Of a DNA stretch of 46,978 nt, positions 35,251-44,169 are shown one piece after another. Position numbers and translations under genes: made by a program. The notes under the pieces are model-generated. The model was not told where the DNA came from, ran no database searches, and saw only the letters and a program-made list of their open reading frames with translations. The DNA is from Flavobacteriales bacterium. Lineage in GTDB: Bacteria > Bacteroidota > Bacteroidia > Flavobacteriales_F > PHOS-HE28. The stretch lies in the NCBI GenBank assembly GCA_040383865.1, contig JBEICT010000001.1:1-46978 (forward strand), in the 5' to 3' direction. Each line of letters opens with the position of its first letter. Position 1 is the first letter of the stretch.

Positions 35251-36762
35251 TCAAGGTTCTTGTGAACGCCCCTGCCACATGGCAGGAACGCCTGCAGCAC
35301 GCGCCTTGGTCGCAGAAGACCCTTTACGCACCTTCTCGGCAGGCGGTCCTGCGTCTCCCCAGAGGTAGTCCTGGATCCTGAACCGCCTGTTCATCATGGC
35401 GCAGTACAACCGCTTCCTGTTCAGATGGTCCATGATGTACAGACCGGCGACAAGGAACGGCACGAAGGGGATCTTGAACCGCACCAATGCGCCGAAATTC
35501 GGCGTCGAGATGCCGATCATGAACCCAAGCAGCATGGCGAACAGCATGCAGGTAAGGATGAGCGGATTACCGTACAATGCACGCAGGAAGAACCAGATGC
35601 GCGTTCGCCACAGTAACAGAAAGGTCATCACGAGCAACCAGAAATTCTCCAGACCGCTCAGCGCCGTGACCACGCTCCGGGTCTCCCACAGATAAGGTCT
35701 GAAAAAGGCGGCGTTCACCGCACCGGGGAACTTGCTCAACAAGTTGGGCATCGTGCCGTCCAGTTCCCCGATATCGAAATAATTGCTGCCGTATTGCTCG
35801 GAACGCTTCATATCGGATTGAATCACCACGACGGTCTGCCCGGCCTTCTCGAGGGAGAACTTGTCCAGCTTATCACCCAGCGAGGAAAGCACGAAGAACG
35901 AACCTCCCAACATCACCACGAGAACCGCTGGTAGCAAAATGAACTTGAACAGTACGTTCTTCAACCGCGCCACCCGGAAATACAATACCCAAAGCATGGT
36001 GACGGGGATCACCGACATGAAGATGTACGGCTTCATAACAATGAGCAAGGTCGCGCTGAGGAGGAGCCCGATGATATTGAAGACGTAGTTCCGCTTCTTG
36101 AAAAGCACTTCGTCAGCACAGTGGAACCACCAACATGCAGCGCTCAAGGTGAAGGTGTCCTTCATGATGGCGGAGCCCCAGAACACCACGGATGGCATGT
36201 ACAGGAAGGCGATCGCGAACTTCCCTGCGAGCTGCGGATAGTAGGAAACAAAGGTCCGGTAGCAACGCCAGATGCCAATGTACCCAATGCTGGAGAGCAT
36301 CAGGGTGGTGATGAGGTAACTATTGAACGTGAAAAGCACGATCGGGCTGATGAGCCGTATCACGAAGAACGACCGGCTATCGAAGTACATATAAGCGTAG
36401 GGATAGCCCGTTTCCAGATTGAACTTGTTCAGGTTGGCCTGGTCATTGGGGCCGAAGAGAATGCTCAGGAAATCGAACAGGTCGTATCTGGCCATGTTCC
36501 CCATGGAAACGGCCGAATAGAAGTACATAATGGTATCTCCACCCCGGTAGTAGTAGTAATAGATCATGCTGAAGGCGATCCCCCCCAACACCTTCGCGAA
36601 CAACCCCCAGAGGAAGTACTTGTATTCTGGGGCCTTCTTGATCGCCAGGTTCTTCTGTCGGGCGAAATAGATGTACATCAAGATGAGGTACACCGCACCC
36701 AGCACCCACTCCCAGTAGGCAATGTCCACTTCCCCGTAATGGTAGACCCAGATCAAGGGCAT
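35251..36762 (-). CDS. polytopic membrane protein, candidate Wzy/EpsG-type polysaccharide polymerase
   Basis: 503 aa with many hydrophobic segments. A Tyr-rich first loop, YYYYYRGGDTIMYFY, resembles the EpsG-type R..G.D...Y motif as I recall it. There is one large hydrophilic loop (DKLDKFSLEKAGQTVVVIQSDMKRSEQYGSNYFDIGELDG). G+C is clearly lower (31/60 and 29/60 in lines 35881 and 35941). It sits in the polysaccharide locus. Confidence 0.5.
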   Translation of the reverse strand: MPLIWVYHYGEVDIAYWEWVLGAVYLILMYIYFARQKNLAIKKAPEYKYFLWGLFAKVLGGIAFSMIYYYYYRGGDTIMYFYSAVSMGNMARYDLFDFLSILFGPNDQANLNKFNLETGYPYAYMYFDSRSFFVIRLISPIVLFTFNSYLITTLMLSSIGYIGIWRCYRTFVSYYPQLAGKFAIAFLYMPSVVFWGSAIMKDTFTLSAACWWFHCADEVLFKKRNYVFNIIGLLLSATLLIVMKPYIFMSVIPVTMLWVLYFRVARLKNVLFKFILLPAVLVVMLGGSFFVLSSLGDKLDKFSLEKAGQTVVVIQSDMKRSEQYGSNYFDIGELDGTMPNLLSKFPGAVNAAFFRPYLWETRSVVTALSGLENFWLLVMTFLLLWRTRIWFFLRALYGNPLILTCMLFAMLLGFMIGISTPNFGALVRFKIPFVPFLVAGLYIMDHLNRKRLYCAMMNRRFRIQDYLWGDAGPPAEKVRKGSSATKARAAGVPAMWQGRSQEP

Positions 36763-36826
36763 GGCCCAAATGTCGGGGTTCCAGCAGCGTCATGGATATA
36801 CCCACCCATGTGCATGATCGCGGCGC

Positions 36827-37726
36827 ATGGTACTTTCACCACCGATGCCCCTTCCCGGAAAACGTCCCTGCCCGCTTTGCGGATCCACTGACCAACGCGA
36901 ACAAGCCCTGCATGCCGACCACCATGTGGTCCAATGTGCGGACTGCGGTCTGGTGTATACCGGCATTGCGCCAACACAGGAAGAACTTCAGACCTACTAC
37001 GGGGACTATCCGGTGCATGACCAGGTCTCCCCGATCACGTTGAAACGGTATGATGAGATCCTGGTCAGCTTTGAGCGGTTCCGCAGGACCAACCGGATCA
37101 TCGACGTGGGATGTGGAGCGGGGCTTTTTCTGGAACGGGCCGCTCTGCGGGGGTGGGAGGTGCATGGCACCGAATTCGGCCAGCACGCCCTTAACGCCTG
37201 CCGTGCCCGAGGCATCAACATTATTGAAGGCACCCTGGACCCGGCCAACTATCCCCCTGGCCATTTTGATGTGGCCTGCTCCTTCGAAGTGATCGAGCAC
37301 CTGCCCTATCCTGGACCTGAGATGGAGAACATGGCCCGGTTGCTGCGGCCGGGTGGCGCACTGTATGTGACCACGCCCAATTACCGAAGCGTCGGCCATT
37401 GGCTCACCGGTCGCGACTGGACCGTGGTGAACTATCCTGAACACCTCAACTACTTCACCCCAAGAACCCTGCGGAAGCTGATCACCTCCAAGGGTTTTCG
37501 CGCTTACCGGGTCCGTACCACAGGCATCTCGCTGAACCGGATCAGGGCCCGGCATGGCCACGACCGATCCGAAAAAGAAGCCGTACGAACCTCACAGGAG
37601 GACCTCAGGGCAAGACTCGAGCACAACCCGATGCTCAACCTGGTGAAACGCACGTTGGACGCCCTGCTCGACCTGCTCGGCATTGGCGACAACCTGAAAG
37701 CCACCTTCGTTAAGAAGGATCAATGA
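36827..37726 (+). CDS. class I SAM-dependent methyltransferase with N-terminal Zn-ribbon
   Basis: 299 aa. It has CPLCGS..(15)..CADCG, SAM motif I IIDVGCGAGLFLE, and a post-I acidic HGTE. Confidence 0.8.
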   Translation: MVLSPPMPLPGKRPCPLCGSTDQREQALHADHHVVQCADCGLVYTGIAPTQEELQTYYGDYPVHDQVSPITLKRYDEILVSFERFRRTNRIIDVGCGAGLFLERAALRGWEVHGTEFGQHALNACRARGINIIEGTLDPANYPPGHFDVACSFEVIEHLPYPGPEMENMARLLRPGGALYVTTPNYRSVGHWLTGRDWTVVNYPEHLNYFTPRTLRKLITSKGFRAYRVRTTGISLNRIRARHGHDRSEKEAVRTSQEDLRARLEHNPMLNLVKRTLDALLDLLGIGDNLKATFVKKDQ

Positions 37727-38181
37727 TGGTAGGGACTGCCTTGCAGTATGGCCGTGGCCCGGTAAAGTTGTTCGGCAAATAGCAACCTCACCAGTTGGTG
37801 TGGGAAGGTCATTGGCGAAAGCGAGAGCACCAGATCGGCACGTTCGCGCACTGAAGGGTCCAAGCCATAGGCGCCCCCCACTACGAAGGCCACTTGCCGC
37901 GCACCTTGGTCCCGCCAAGTCCCCAGTTGGGCGGCGAACTGCCTGCTATTCAACAATTTACCACGCTCATCCAAGGCAACCACACGTTCTCCGGGCCTTA
38001 GTGCCGCAAGAATGCGTTCGCCTTCCACCCGTTGCTGGTGTGGCGGATCGCCGCGGCCGGCCTCGGGCAGCACCACCTCTTCCACCGGCCAGACCCGGCG
38101 CACCCGGCCCAAATAATGCTCGAGGCCTTCCGGCACATACCCCCTTTCGGTGCGCCCTACCCACACCAATCGTACCTTCAT
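37720..38181 (-). CDS. rlmH: 23S rRNA (pseudouridine1915-N3)-methyltransferase
   Basis: 153 aa SPOUT protein. Motifs are VALDERGK, FVVGGAYGL and LSLSPMTFPHQLVRLLFAEQLYRA..ILQGSPYHH. It overlaps the methyltransferase 3' end by 7 nt (convergent). Confidence 0.9.
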   Translation of the reverse strand: MKVRLVWVGRTERGYVPEGLEHYLGRVRRVWPVEEVVLPEAGRGDPPHQQRVEGERILAALRPGERVVALDERGKLLNSRQFAAQLGTWRDQGARQVAFVVGGAYGLDPSVRERADLVLSLSPMTFPHQLVRLLFAEQLYRATAILQGSPYHH

Positions 38182-38256
38182 GATCCCTTGTTTGTTGGAA
38201 ATTCGTCCGGGCGGTCCGGAACATCATGGCCCGGTATTTGCCAAATTTCGGCACAA

Positions 38257-38667
38257 ATGACCCTTGCGATGAACCGTATCACTGTTCTGCTTATTGGCAT
38301 GCTGCTCGTTCTGGGCCTGCGCGCGCAGGATGCCGTGAAGGACCAGGTGGTGCAGGCCATGAAGGCCGGCAATCCCAAGGAACTGGTGGCACAGTTCATA
38401 CCGAACATCGACCTTACCGTAAAGGAAGCGTCCGATGTATACAGCAAGGCACAGGCCGAACAGATCCTGCGCAAGTTCTTCAATGAGAACCAGCCGGTTG
38501 ACATGGTGATCGAGCACAAAGGCGAAAGCAAGTTCGGCGACAAGTACTACATCGGCATCCTGCGTACACGCACCGGATATTTCCGTGTGACCTTTTTCCT
38601 GAAGCGGACGGAAGACACGTACCAGGTGAAGCAATTGCGGATCGAGAACAGCAAGAACGACCTCTGA
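38257..38667 (+). CDS. DUF4783-like secreted protein
   Basis: This is the tail of ORF 38032..38667, starting at ATG 38257 or 38269 (MNRITVLLIGMLLVLGLRAQ). YSKAQAEQILRKFF...KYYIGILRT..GYFRVTFFLK matches my memory of DUF4783, a family usually found next to nadC in Bacteroidota. Confidence 0.65.
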   Translation: MTLAMNRITVLLIGMLLVLGLRAQDAVKDQVVQAMKAGNPKELVAQFIPNIDLTVKEASDVYSKAQAEQILRKFFNENQPVDMVIEHKGESKFGDKYYIGILRTRTGYFRVTFFLKRTEDTYQVKQLRIENSKNDL

Positions 38668-38669
38668 CC

Positions 38670-39512
38670 GTGCTGCCCACAGGAACGGATGCGCTCATCG
38701 ACCTCGCCCTGCGTGAGGACATCGGAGACGGGGACCACACTACGCTTTCCACCATACCACCTGATGCCCGAGGTGCGGCCCGTCTGCTCGTAAAGGACCA
38801 GGGTGTCCTTGCCGGTGTGGAACTGGCGCAGGCCATCGCCCACCGGTTCGACCCCGACCTCCATTTCAAGTTGTTCCTCCAGGACGGTGCGACCATTTCA
38901 AAGGGTGATGTGGCCTTTACCATAATGGGCAGTTCCCGCTCCATCCTCATCGTGGAACGCCTGATGCTGAACTTCATGCAGCGCATGAGCGGCATAGCGA
39001 CCTTGACCCACCGCTTCGTGCAGGCCATAGAGGGCACTGGCTGCCGTATACTCGACACCCGTAAGACCACGCCGGGCCTGCGGGCCATTGAGAAATGGGC
39101 CGTTCGTATCGGAGGCGGCCACAACCACCGCCATGGGTTGTACGACATGGTGATGATCAAGGACAACCATGTGGACATGGCCGGTGGCATCCCGCAAGCG
39201 ATCGCTGCTGCACGGGCCTACCAGGTCCAACATGGAATGGATCTGCCCATCGAAGTGGAAACACGCTCCATGTCCGAAGTGGAACAAGTGCTCGCCACGG
39301 GTGGTGTGCAGCGCATTATGCTGGACAACTTCACGCCGGAACAGTTGCGCACCGCCGTCCAGCGTATCGCAGGGCGCTTTGAGACCGAAGCATCGGGAGG
39401 CATCACGTTGGAAACGGTCAGGGCCTATGCCGAGACCGGTGTCGATTTCGTATCGGTGGGTGCGCTAACACATAGTGTACCGAGCCTCGACCTGAGCCTG
39501 AAGGCCCTTTGA
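38670..39512 (+). CDS. nadC: nicotinate-nucleotide diphosphorylase (carboxylating)
   Basis: 280 aa with a GTG start. Motifs are ALREDIGDGDHTT, LDTRKTTPGLRAIEKWAVRIGGGHNHRHGLYDMVMIKDNH and MLDNF. Confidence 0.92.
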   Translation: MLPTGTDALIDLALREDIGDGDHTTLSTIPPDARGAARLLVKDQGVLAGVELAQAIAHRFDPDLHFKLFLQDGATISKGDVAFTIMGSSRSILIVERLMLNFMQRMSGIATLTHRFVQAIEGTGCRILDTRKTTPGLRAIEKWAVRIGGGHNHRHGLYDMVMIKDNHVDMAGGIPQAIAAARAYQVQHGMDLPIEVETRSMSEVEQVLATGGVQRIMLDNFTPEQLRTAVQRIAGRFETEASGGITLETVRAYAETGVDFVSVGALTHSVPSLDLSLKAL

Positions 39513-39514
39513 CC

Positions 39515-40477
39515 ATGGTGCAGCGGTACAAACGCAAGCTGCTCTATTCCCGCATGTTCCGCAGGCTGCTCGGATGGGCCAAGCGGATCAAATTGCCCGG
39601 CTTCGAGGGCTTCAGCCTCTACGAGATCTCCCGGTTCTTCTTCTCGGCCTTGTTCACCGGCCGACTTGTGGACCGCGCTTCGGCGATCGCGTTCAAGGTC
39701 TTCATGTCCTTCTTCCCGGCCGTGATCGTGCTGCTCACGCTCATTCCCTACGTCCCCATCCCCGACTTCCAGTTGCGCTTGTTGGAGACCTTCCAACAAA
39801 TGCTGCCGAACGAGGTGTACCAGTTCATCGAAGGCACCCTGCACGACCTGCTCGTGAAGAAACACGGCACGCTCCTCTCTGTGAGCTTCATTGTGGGCAT
39901 TTACCTGGCCAGCAACAGCATCGATGCCGTTCTCGACGGATTCAGTGGCAGCACCAACCTTACCAAATGGCATAGCGCATTGAAACAACGCCTGCTCAGC
40001 CTGGGCCTGTTGTTGTTGCTGACCTTGCTCGTGGTGCTGTCCATTCCAGTGCTGGCCTTCAGCGGCATCATCATCGGCAAGCTCCATGCAATAAGGTTCT
40101 TCGCCAGTGAGCTGGAGGTTTGGGCCGCATTGGCCATCAAATGGTTCGTGTCCATCCTGCTGGTGATGGTGGCCGTATCGCTGTTGTACACCGCCGGTGA
40201 TCCAGCGGCCAAGCGGTTCAAGACCTTTACCCCGGGTTCCATCCTGGCGGTGTTCCTGATCCTACTGGTCTCACAGGCCCTCGCCTTCGTATTCGACAAC
40301 ATCACGGACTACAACGCCCTGTACGGCTCCATAGGCGCCATACTGGCCGTGCAGCTATGGATCTATTTCAACATGATCGCGCTGCTGATCGGTTACGAGT
40401 TGAACACCAGCATCGCCATCGCCCGGCACCACCGGAGCAAGCACCTGCATGTGCCCGTGGTGAACGAGACAGTGTAA
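39515..40477 (+). CDS. YihY/BrkB family membrane protein
   Basis: The ORF track starts at TTG 39509, and the first ATG is 39515 (MVQRYKRKLL). RASAIAFKVFMSFFPAVIVLLTLIPY, YGSIGAILAVQLWIYFNMIALLIGYELN and six hydrophobic segments fit YihY. Confidence 0.85.
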   Translation: MVQRYKRKLLYSRMFRRLLGWAKRIKLPGFEGFSLYEISRFFFSALFTGRLVDRASAIAFKVFMSFFPAVIVLLTLIPYVPIPDFQLRLLETFQQMLPNEVYQFIEGTLHDLLVKKHGTLLSVSFIVGIYLASNSIDAVLDGFSGSTNLTKWHSALKQRLLSLGLLLLLTLLVVLSIPVLAFSGIIIGKLHAIRFFASELEVWAALAIKWFVSILLVMVAVSLLYTAGDPAAKRFKTFTPGSILAVFLILLVSQALAFVFDNITDYNALYGSIGAILAVQLWIYFNMIALLIGYELNTSIAIARHHRSKHLHVPVVNETV

Positions 40478-40499
40478 CGAAGGGATAACTTGGGCTCCC

Positions 40500-43400
40500 A
40501 TGCGGCCCCTGCTCACCTTCCTGCTGATCGCGCACATCCTGCCTTGCCTGGCACAACGGTTCGATGCCAGGCATCCGCCGAACACCTACCGCAATGCCGA
40601 CAACCCCCACTACTGGAAGAACCGGCCACCTTATGCGAACTATTGGCAACAGGATGTACACTACCTGATCAAGGCGCGCTTGGACGATGAGCGGGATGTG
40701 GCCAATGGCGAGCTCACGCTCTACTACCACAACAACTCGCCCGACACGCTCCGGCACGTCTTCTTCCATCTCTACCAGGAAGCCTACAATGCAGGTTCGT
40801 ACGCCGACCTGATGGAGAACGGCACCAAGGACCGAGGAGGCCGTGACAGTATTGAGGCAGGCACGGACATTCACCAGCTGCAGGCCAATGGGTCCGAGGT
40901 GCGAACGGAACAGGACAACACAGTGCTCAAGGTCTGGCTGAACGACCCCCTGCCCCCCGGCGAAAGGGTCACCTTCCGCATCACCTTCACCACGCACTGG
41001 TCAACGCGCGTGGACCGGCGCATGAAGTTGTTCAAGGCATGGGGGACGAAGCATTACGACGGCGTGCACTGGTATCCCCGCATGGCCGTGTACGACCGGA
41101 AATTCGGATGGGACACCCAGCAGCACCTGGGAAACGAACTATACGGCGACTTTGGCACCTTCGATGTGGAACTGGACCTGCCGCACCACTACGTTGTGGA
41201 GGCCACCGGATGGTTGCAGAACCCGGACGAGGTCATGCCGCCCGACCTGCGCAAGCGATTGGACATCGTAAACTTCAAGGACAAGCCCTGGAACGAGAAG
41301 CCCTCCACCGTGATCGCACCAGACAACACCAAGCGCAAGGTCTGGCGCTACCACGCCGAGAACGTCCATGACTTCGCCTTCACGGCCGACCCCACGTACC
41401 GAATTGGCGAAGCCGAGTGGAACGGCGTAAAGTGCGTTGCCGTGGTTCAGGAACCGCACGCCAGCGGTTGGCAGAACGCCGCCGACTACTGCGCCAAGGT
41501 CATTGAGGCGCACAGTACCTCCTTCGGCATGTACGCCTACCCGAAAATGGTGGTGGCCGATGCGCGCGATGGCATGGAATACCCCATGCTCACCCTGGAC
41601 GGTGGACGCGACCCCGACTATCGCGGGCTGTTCGTGCACGAGATCGGCCACAACTGGTACTACGGCATGGTGGGCAACAACGAGACCTACAGGGCCTTCC
41701 TCGATGAAGGATTCACGCAATTCCTGACCAGCTGGGGACTCGAACAGATCGATGGCGATACCCTGGTGAGCGACCCGCCCCGTAACACCTACCAGGCCCG
41801 ATACACGAAACCGGAACTGGTGCGTGAGAGCGAGGTGTATAACAGCTACCAGTACGACGCAGTGCGCGACCGACTGCCCCCGTTGAACACCCATAGCGAT
41901 GAGTTCGGATACTGGCAGGCCCGTGGATACGGCGGCTACGGCCATGCCTACTCCAAAACGGCCACCATGCTGTACAACCTCCAGTATGTCGTGGGCGACT
42001 CGCTGTTCCTCTCGGCCATGCAACACTACTTCGACCAATGGCGCATGTGCCACCCGTATCCGGAGGATATGCGACAGAGCTTCATCGACCACACGGGCAT
42101 GGACCTAAATTGGTTCTTCGACCAATGGCTGGAGACCGGCAAACGCATCGACTATGCGGTGAAAGGCGTCAAGAACCGCTACCGAAACGGGGGACAGGAG
42201 ATCCGCCTGCGACGCAACGGCGACCTTCACATGCCCATCGACCTGCGCGTGATCGCCAGGGATGGCAGCGTACTTGACCTCTACATCCCCAACACTTGGG
42301 ACCAGAAACGCACCAATGCCGTTGTTCTTCCCCGATGGATCGGCTTCGACGACCTGCAACGCGACCACATCGTTCGTGTGGACATCCCCTCGGGCATTGA
42401 GCAGGTGATCATTGACCCCACCGACCGCCTGGCCGATGCGTACAAGGTCAATGACCGTTTGGGCCTGCCCATCAGCGTGGACCTGGACCACCACGTGCGC
42501 AACAGTCCCGACCGACGCACCTATGAGGCCTTCATGCGCCCCGACCTCTGGTGGAACGGATACGATGGGGTGAAAGCCGGTGTGCACTTCAACAGCAGCT
42601 ACATGAAGTACAAACACCGCGTGCATTTCAGTGCGTGGCTGAACACCGGCATGGGACAGTATCTGCCACCAACGAACACCTCGGCAGCGGTGGACAGTAT
42701 TCCAGGCAACACGGACACCGGTTTTGACGCGCTATCGTTCAACTTCCGCTATGAGAACGGCATTGAGAAGGTGCTGAAAGGCGCATCCGTGTTCGTTCAT
42801 GCCCGTGCCTTGGACGGACTGCAGCGATACGGTGGCGGCTGGCGGTGGGAAATGCCCAATGGTCGGACCACGGCCCAGGCGGAGCTCCTGTACTTCATCC
42901 GACGGGATAGTGCGGACCTGACCTACCTGCTGTATCCCGAACAATGGGAACTGGACCGCACCAACGGGGCCATTGACCTGAGCGTACGCCACCGCTATTC
43001 CCATGACCATGGCACAGGCGACCTGAAACTGGAAATGCGCAGCAGTGCGGTAGGCAGTGCCGCAGGGTATGGCCAGGTGCGGCTTACTGCGGTGAACGTG
43101 AACGAACTGGGGCCCATCCAAGTGCGGACCCGGGGCTTCGGCCAGTACGGTACTGGTGCCACGCCCCGCGAAAGCGCTCTGTACATGGCCGGTGCATCGC
43201 CCGAGGAAATGATGGAGAACAAGTATGTGCGCAGCATCGGCTTCGTACCATACGACTGGCTGGGCTATTCCGACGGCCTCAACCGTTTCCAACAGGGCGG
43301 TGGCCTGGGCTTGCGCGGCTATGCCGGATACCTCGCTCCCGAAGTGGACCCCTCGAACGGGCAGACCGTGTTCACGCACTTCGGCAACACCGGTCTTTCG

Positions 43401-43721
43401 GCCAGTGCGGAGATCGACCTCGACGGATTGGTTGATTGGCGCCCGCGCAAAGTGGCGCGCTACCTGCACTTGGACATTTACCTGTTCGGCGATGCGGGCA
43501 CCATGGGTTACCGCAACAGCAAAGGCCACTTGGAACTGGCGCCCATACGTGCCGATGCCGGTGCAGGTGCCGCGTTCACGATCAAACGGTTCGGTCCGCT
43601 GGTCGATATCAAACCGCTGACCATCCGTTTCGACGTACCGTTCCTGATCACCGCCCTGCCCGCCACCGAACAGGAACATATGGCCTTCCGCTATGTGGTG
43701 GGCATTGGGCGCAGCTTCTGA
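40500..43721 (+). CDS. M1-family zinc metallopeptidase fused to a C-terminal Omp85-family-like outer-membrane beta-barrel
   Basis: 1073 aa with signal peptide MRPLLTFLLIAHILPCLAQ. Peptidase motifs are GMEYP (GxMEN-like), HEIGH (41637..41651) and the third-ligand Glu 18 residues later (41706..41708). The C-terminal ~400 aa carry GGGLGLRGY (43311..43322 = LRGY), FGDAG (43485..43499), ADAGAGAAF and a terminal FRYVVGIGRSF ending in Phe. Confidence 0.8.
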   Translation: MRPLLTFLLIAHILPCLAQRFDARHPPNTYRNADNPHYWKNRPPYANYWQQDVHYLIKARLDDERDVANGELTLYYHNNSPDTLRHVFFHLYQEAYNAGSYADLMENGTKDRGGRDSIEAGTDIHQLQANGSEVRTEQDNTVLKVWLNDPLPPGERVTFRITFTTHWSTRVDRRMKLFKAWGTKHYDGVHWYPRMAVYDRKFGWDTQQHLGNELYGDFGTFDVELDLPHHYVVEATGWLQNPDEVMPPDLRKRLDIVNFKDKPWNEKPSTVIAPDNTKRKVWRYHAENVHDFAFTADPTYRIGEAEWNGVKCVAVVQEPHASGWQNAADYCAKVIEAHSTSFGMYAYPKMVVADARDGMEYPMLTLDGGRDPDYRGLFVHEIGHNWYYGMVGNNETYRAFLDEGFTQFLTSWGLEQIDGDTLVSDPPRNTYQARYTKPELVRESEVYNSYQYDAVRDRLPPLNTHSDEFGYWQARGYGGYGHAYSKTATMLYNLQYVVGDSLFLSAMQHYFDQWRMCHPYPEDMRQSFIDHTGMDLNWFFDQWLETGKRIDYAVKGVKNRYRNGGQEIRLRRNGDLHMPIDLRVIARDGSVLDLYIPNTWDQKRTNAVVLPRWIGFDDLQRDHIVRVDIPSGIEQVIIDPTDRLADAYKVNDRLGLPISVDLDHHVRNSPDRRTYEAFMRPDLWWNGYDGVKAGVHFNSSYMKYKHRVHFSAWLNTGMGQYLPPTNTSAAVDSIPGNTDTGFDALSFNFRYENGIEKVLKGASVFVHARALDGLQRYGGGWRWEMPNGRTTAQAELLYFIRRDSADLTYLLYPEQWELDRTNGAIDLSVRHRYSHDHGTGDLKLEMRSSAVGSAAGYGQVRLTAVNVNELGPIQVRTRGFGQYGTGATPRESALYMAGASPEEMMENKYVRSIGFVPYDWLGYSDGLNRFQQGGGLGLRGYAGYLAPEVDPSNGQTVFTHFGNTGLSASAEIDLDGLVDWRPRKVARYLHLDIYLFGDAGTMGYRNSKGHLELAPIRADAGAGAAFTIKRFGPLVDIKPLTIRFDVPFLITALPATEQEHMAFRYVVGIGRSF

Positions 43722-43726
43722 GCATC

Positions 43727-44146
43727 ATGTGCCGGCTGGCGCTCCTTCCCTTTCTGATGCACGCGTTCATTCTCTGTGCACAGCCGCCCGATGCCACCGT
43801 GCTGGGTCGTTGGACCACGGTGGACGACAACTCCGGAAAACCTCGCAGCGTGGTGGAGATCACCATCACCAACGGCATGCTCAGCGGTCGCATCCTGGAC
43901 CTTTATGACAAGACACATTTGCAGAAGGTGTGCGACAAATGCCCGGGCGACCGCAAGAACGCACGGATCGTCGGCCTGGAGATCATCCGTGGCATGAAGG
44001 CCGATGGAAACGCCTGGGCGGAAGGCACCATACTGGACCCCGAGACCGGTAATGTCTACGACTGCAAGATGTGGTTGGAGAACGGAAAGCTGATGGTGCG
44101 CGGCTACGTGGCCTTCTTCTTCCGGACGCAGGTCTGGGTGAGGTGA
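43727..44146 (+). CDS. DUF2147 domain-containing secreted protein
   Basis: This is the tail of ORF 43436..44146, starting at ATG 43727 (MCRLALLPFLMHAFILCAQ). GRWTTVDDNSGKPRSVVEI...CDKCPGDRKN..IVGLEII.G...GTILDPETGNVYDCKMW...LMVRGYV..FFRTQVW follows the DUF2147 pattern. It starts 5 nt after the peptidase stop. Confidence 0.75.
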   Translation: MCRLALLPFLMHAFILCAQPPDATVLGRWTTVDDNSGKPRSVVEITITNGMLSGRILDLYDKTHLQKVCDKCPGDRKNARIVGLEIIRGMKADGNAWAEGTILDPETGNVYDCKMWLENGKLMVRGYVAFFFRTQVWVR

Positions 44147-44169
44147 ACGAATGGCATGAACAAGGTGGT

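Noticed and set aside
41139-43679. Two long minus-strand ORFs (41139..42092, 317 aa; 42732..43679, 315 aa) antisense to the M1-Omp85 gene.
   Set aside because: They are antisense shadow ORFs with Val/Gly/His/Ala-rich low-complexity translations. The sense frame has the HExxH-18-E and Omp85 motifs.
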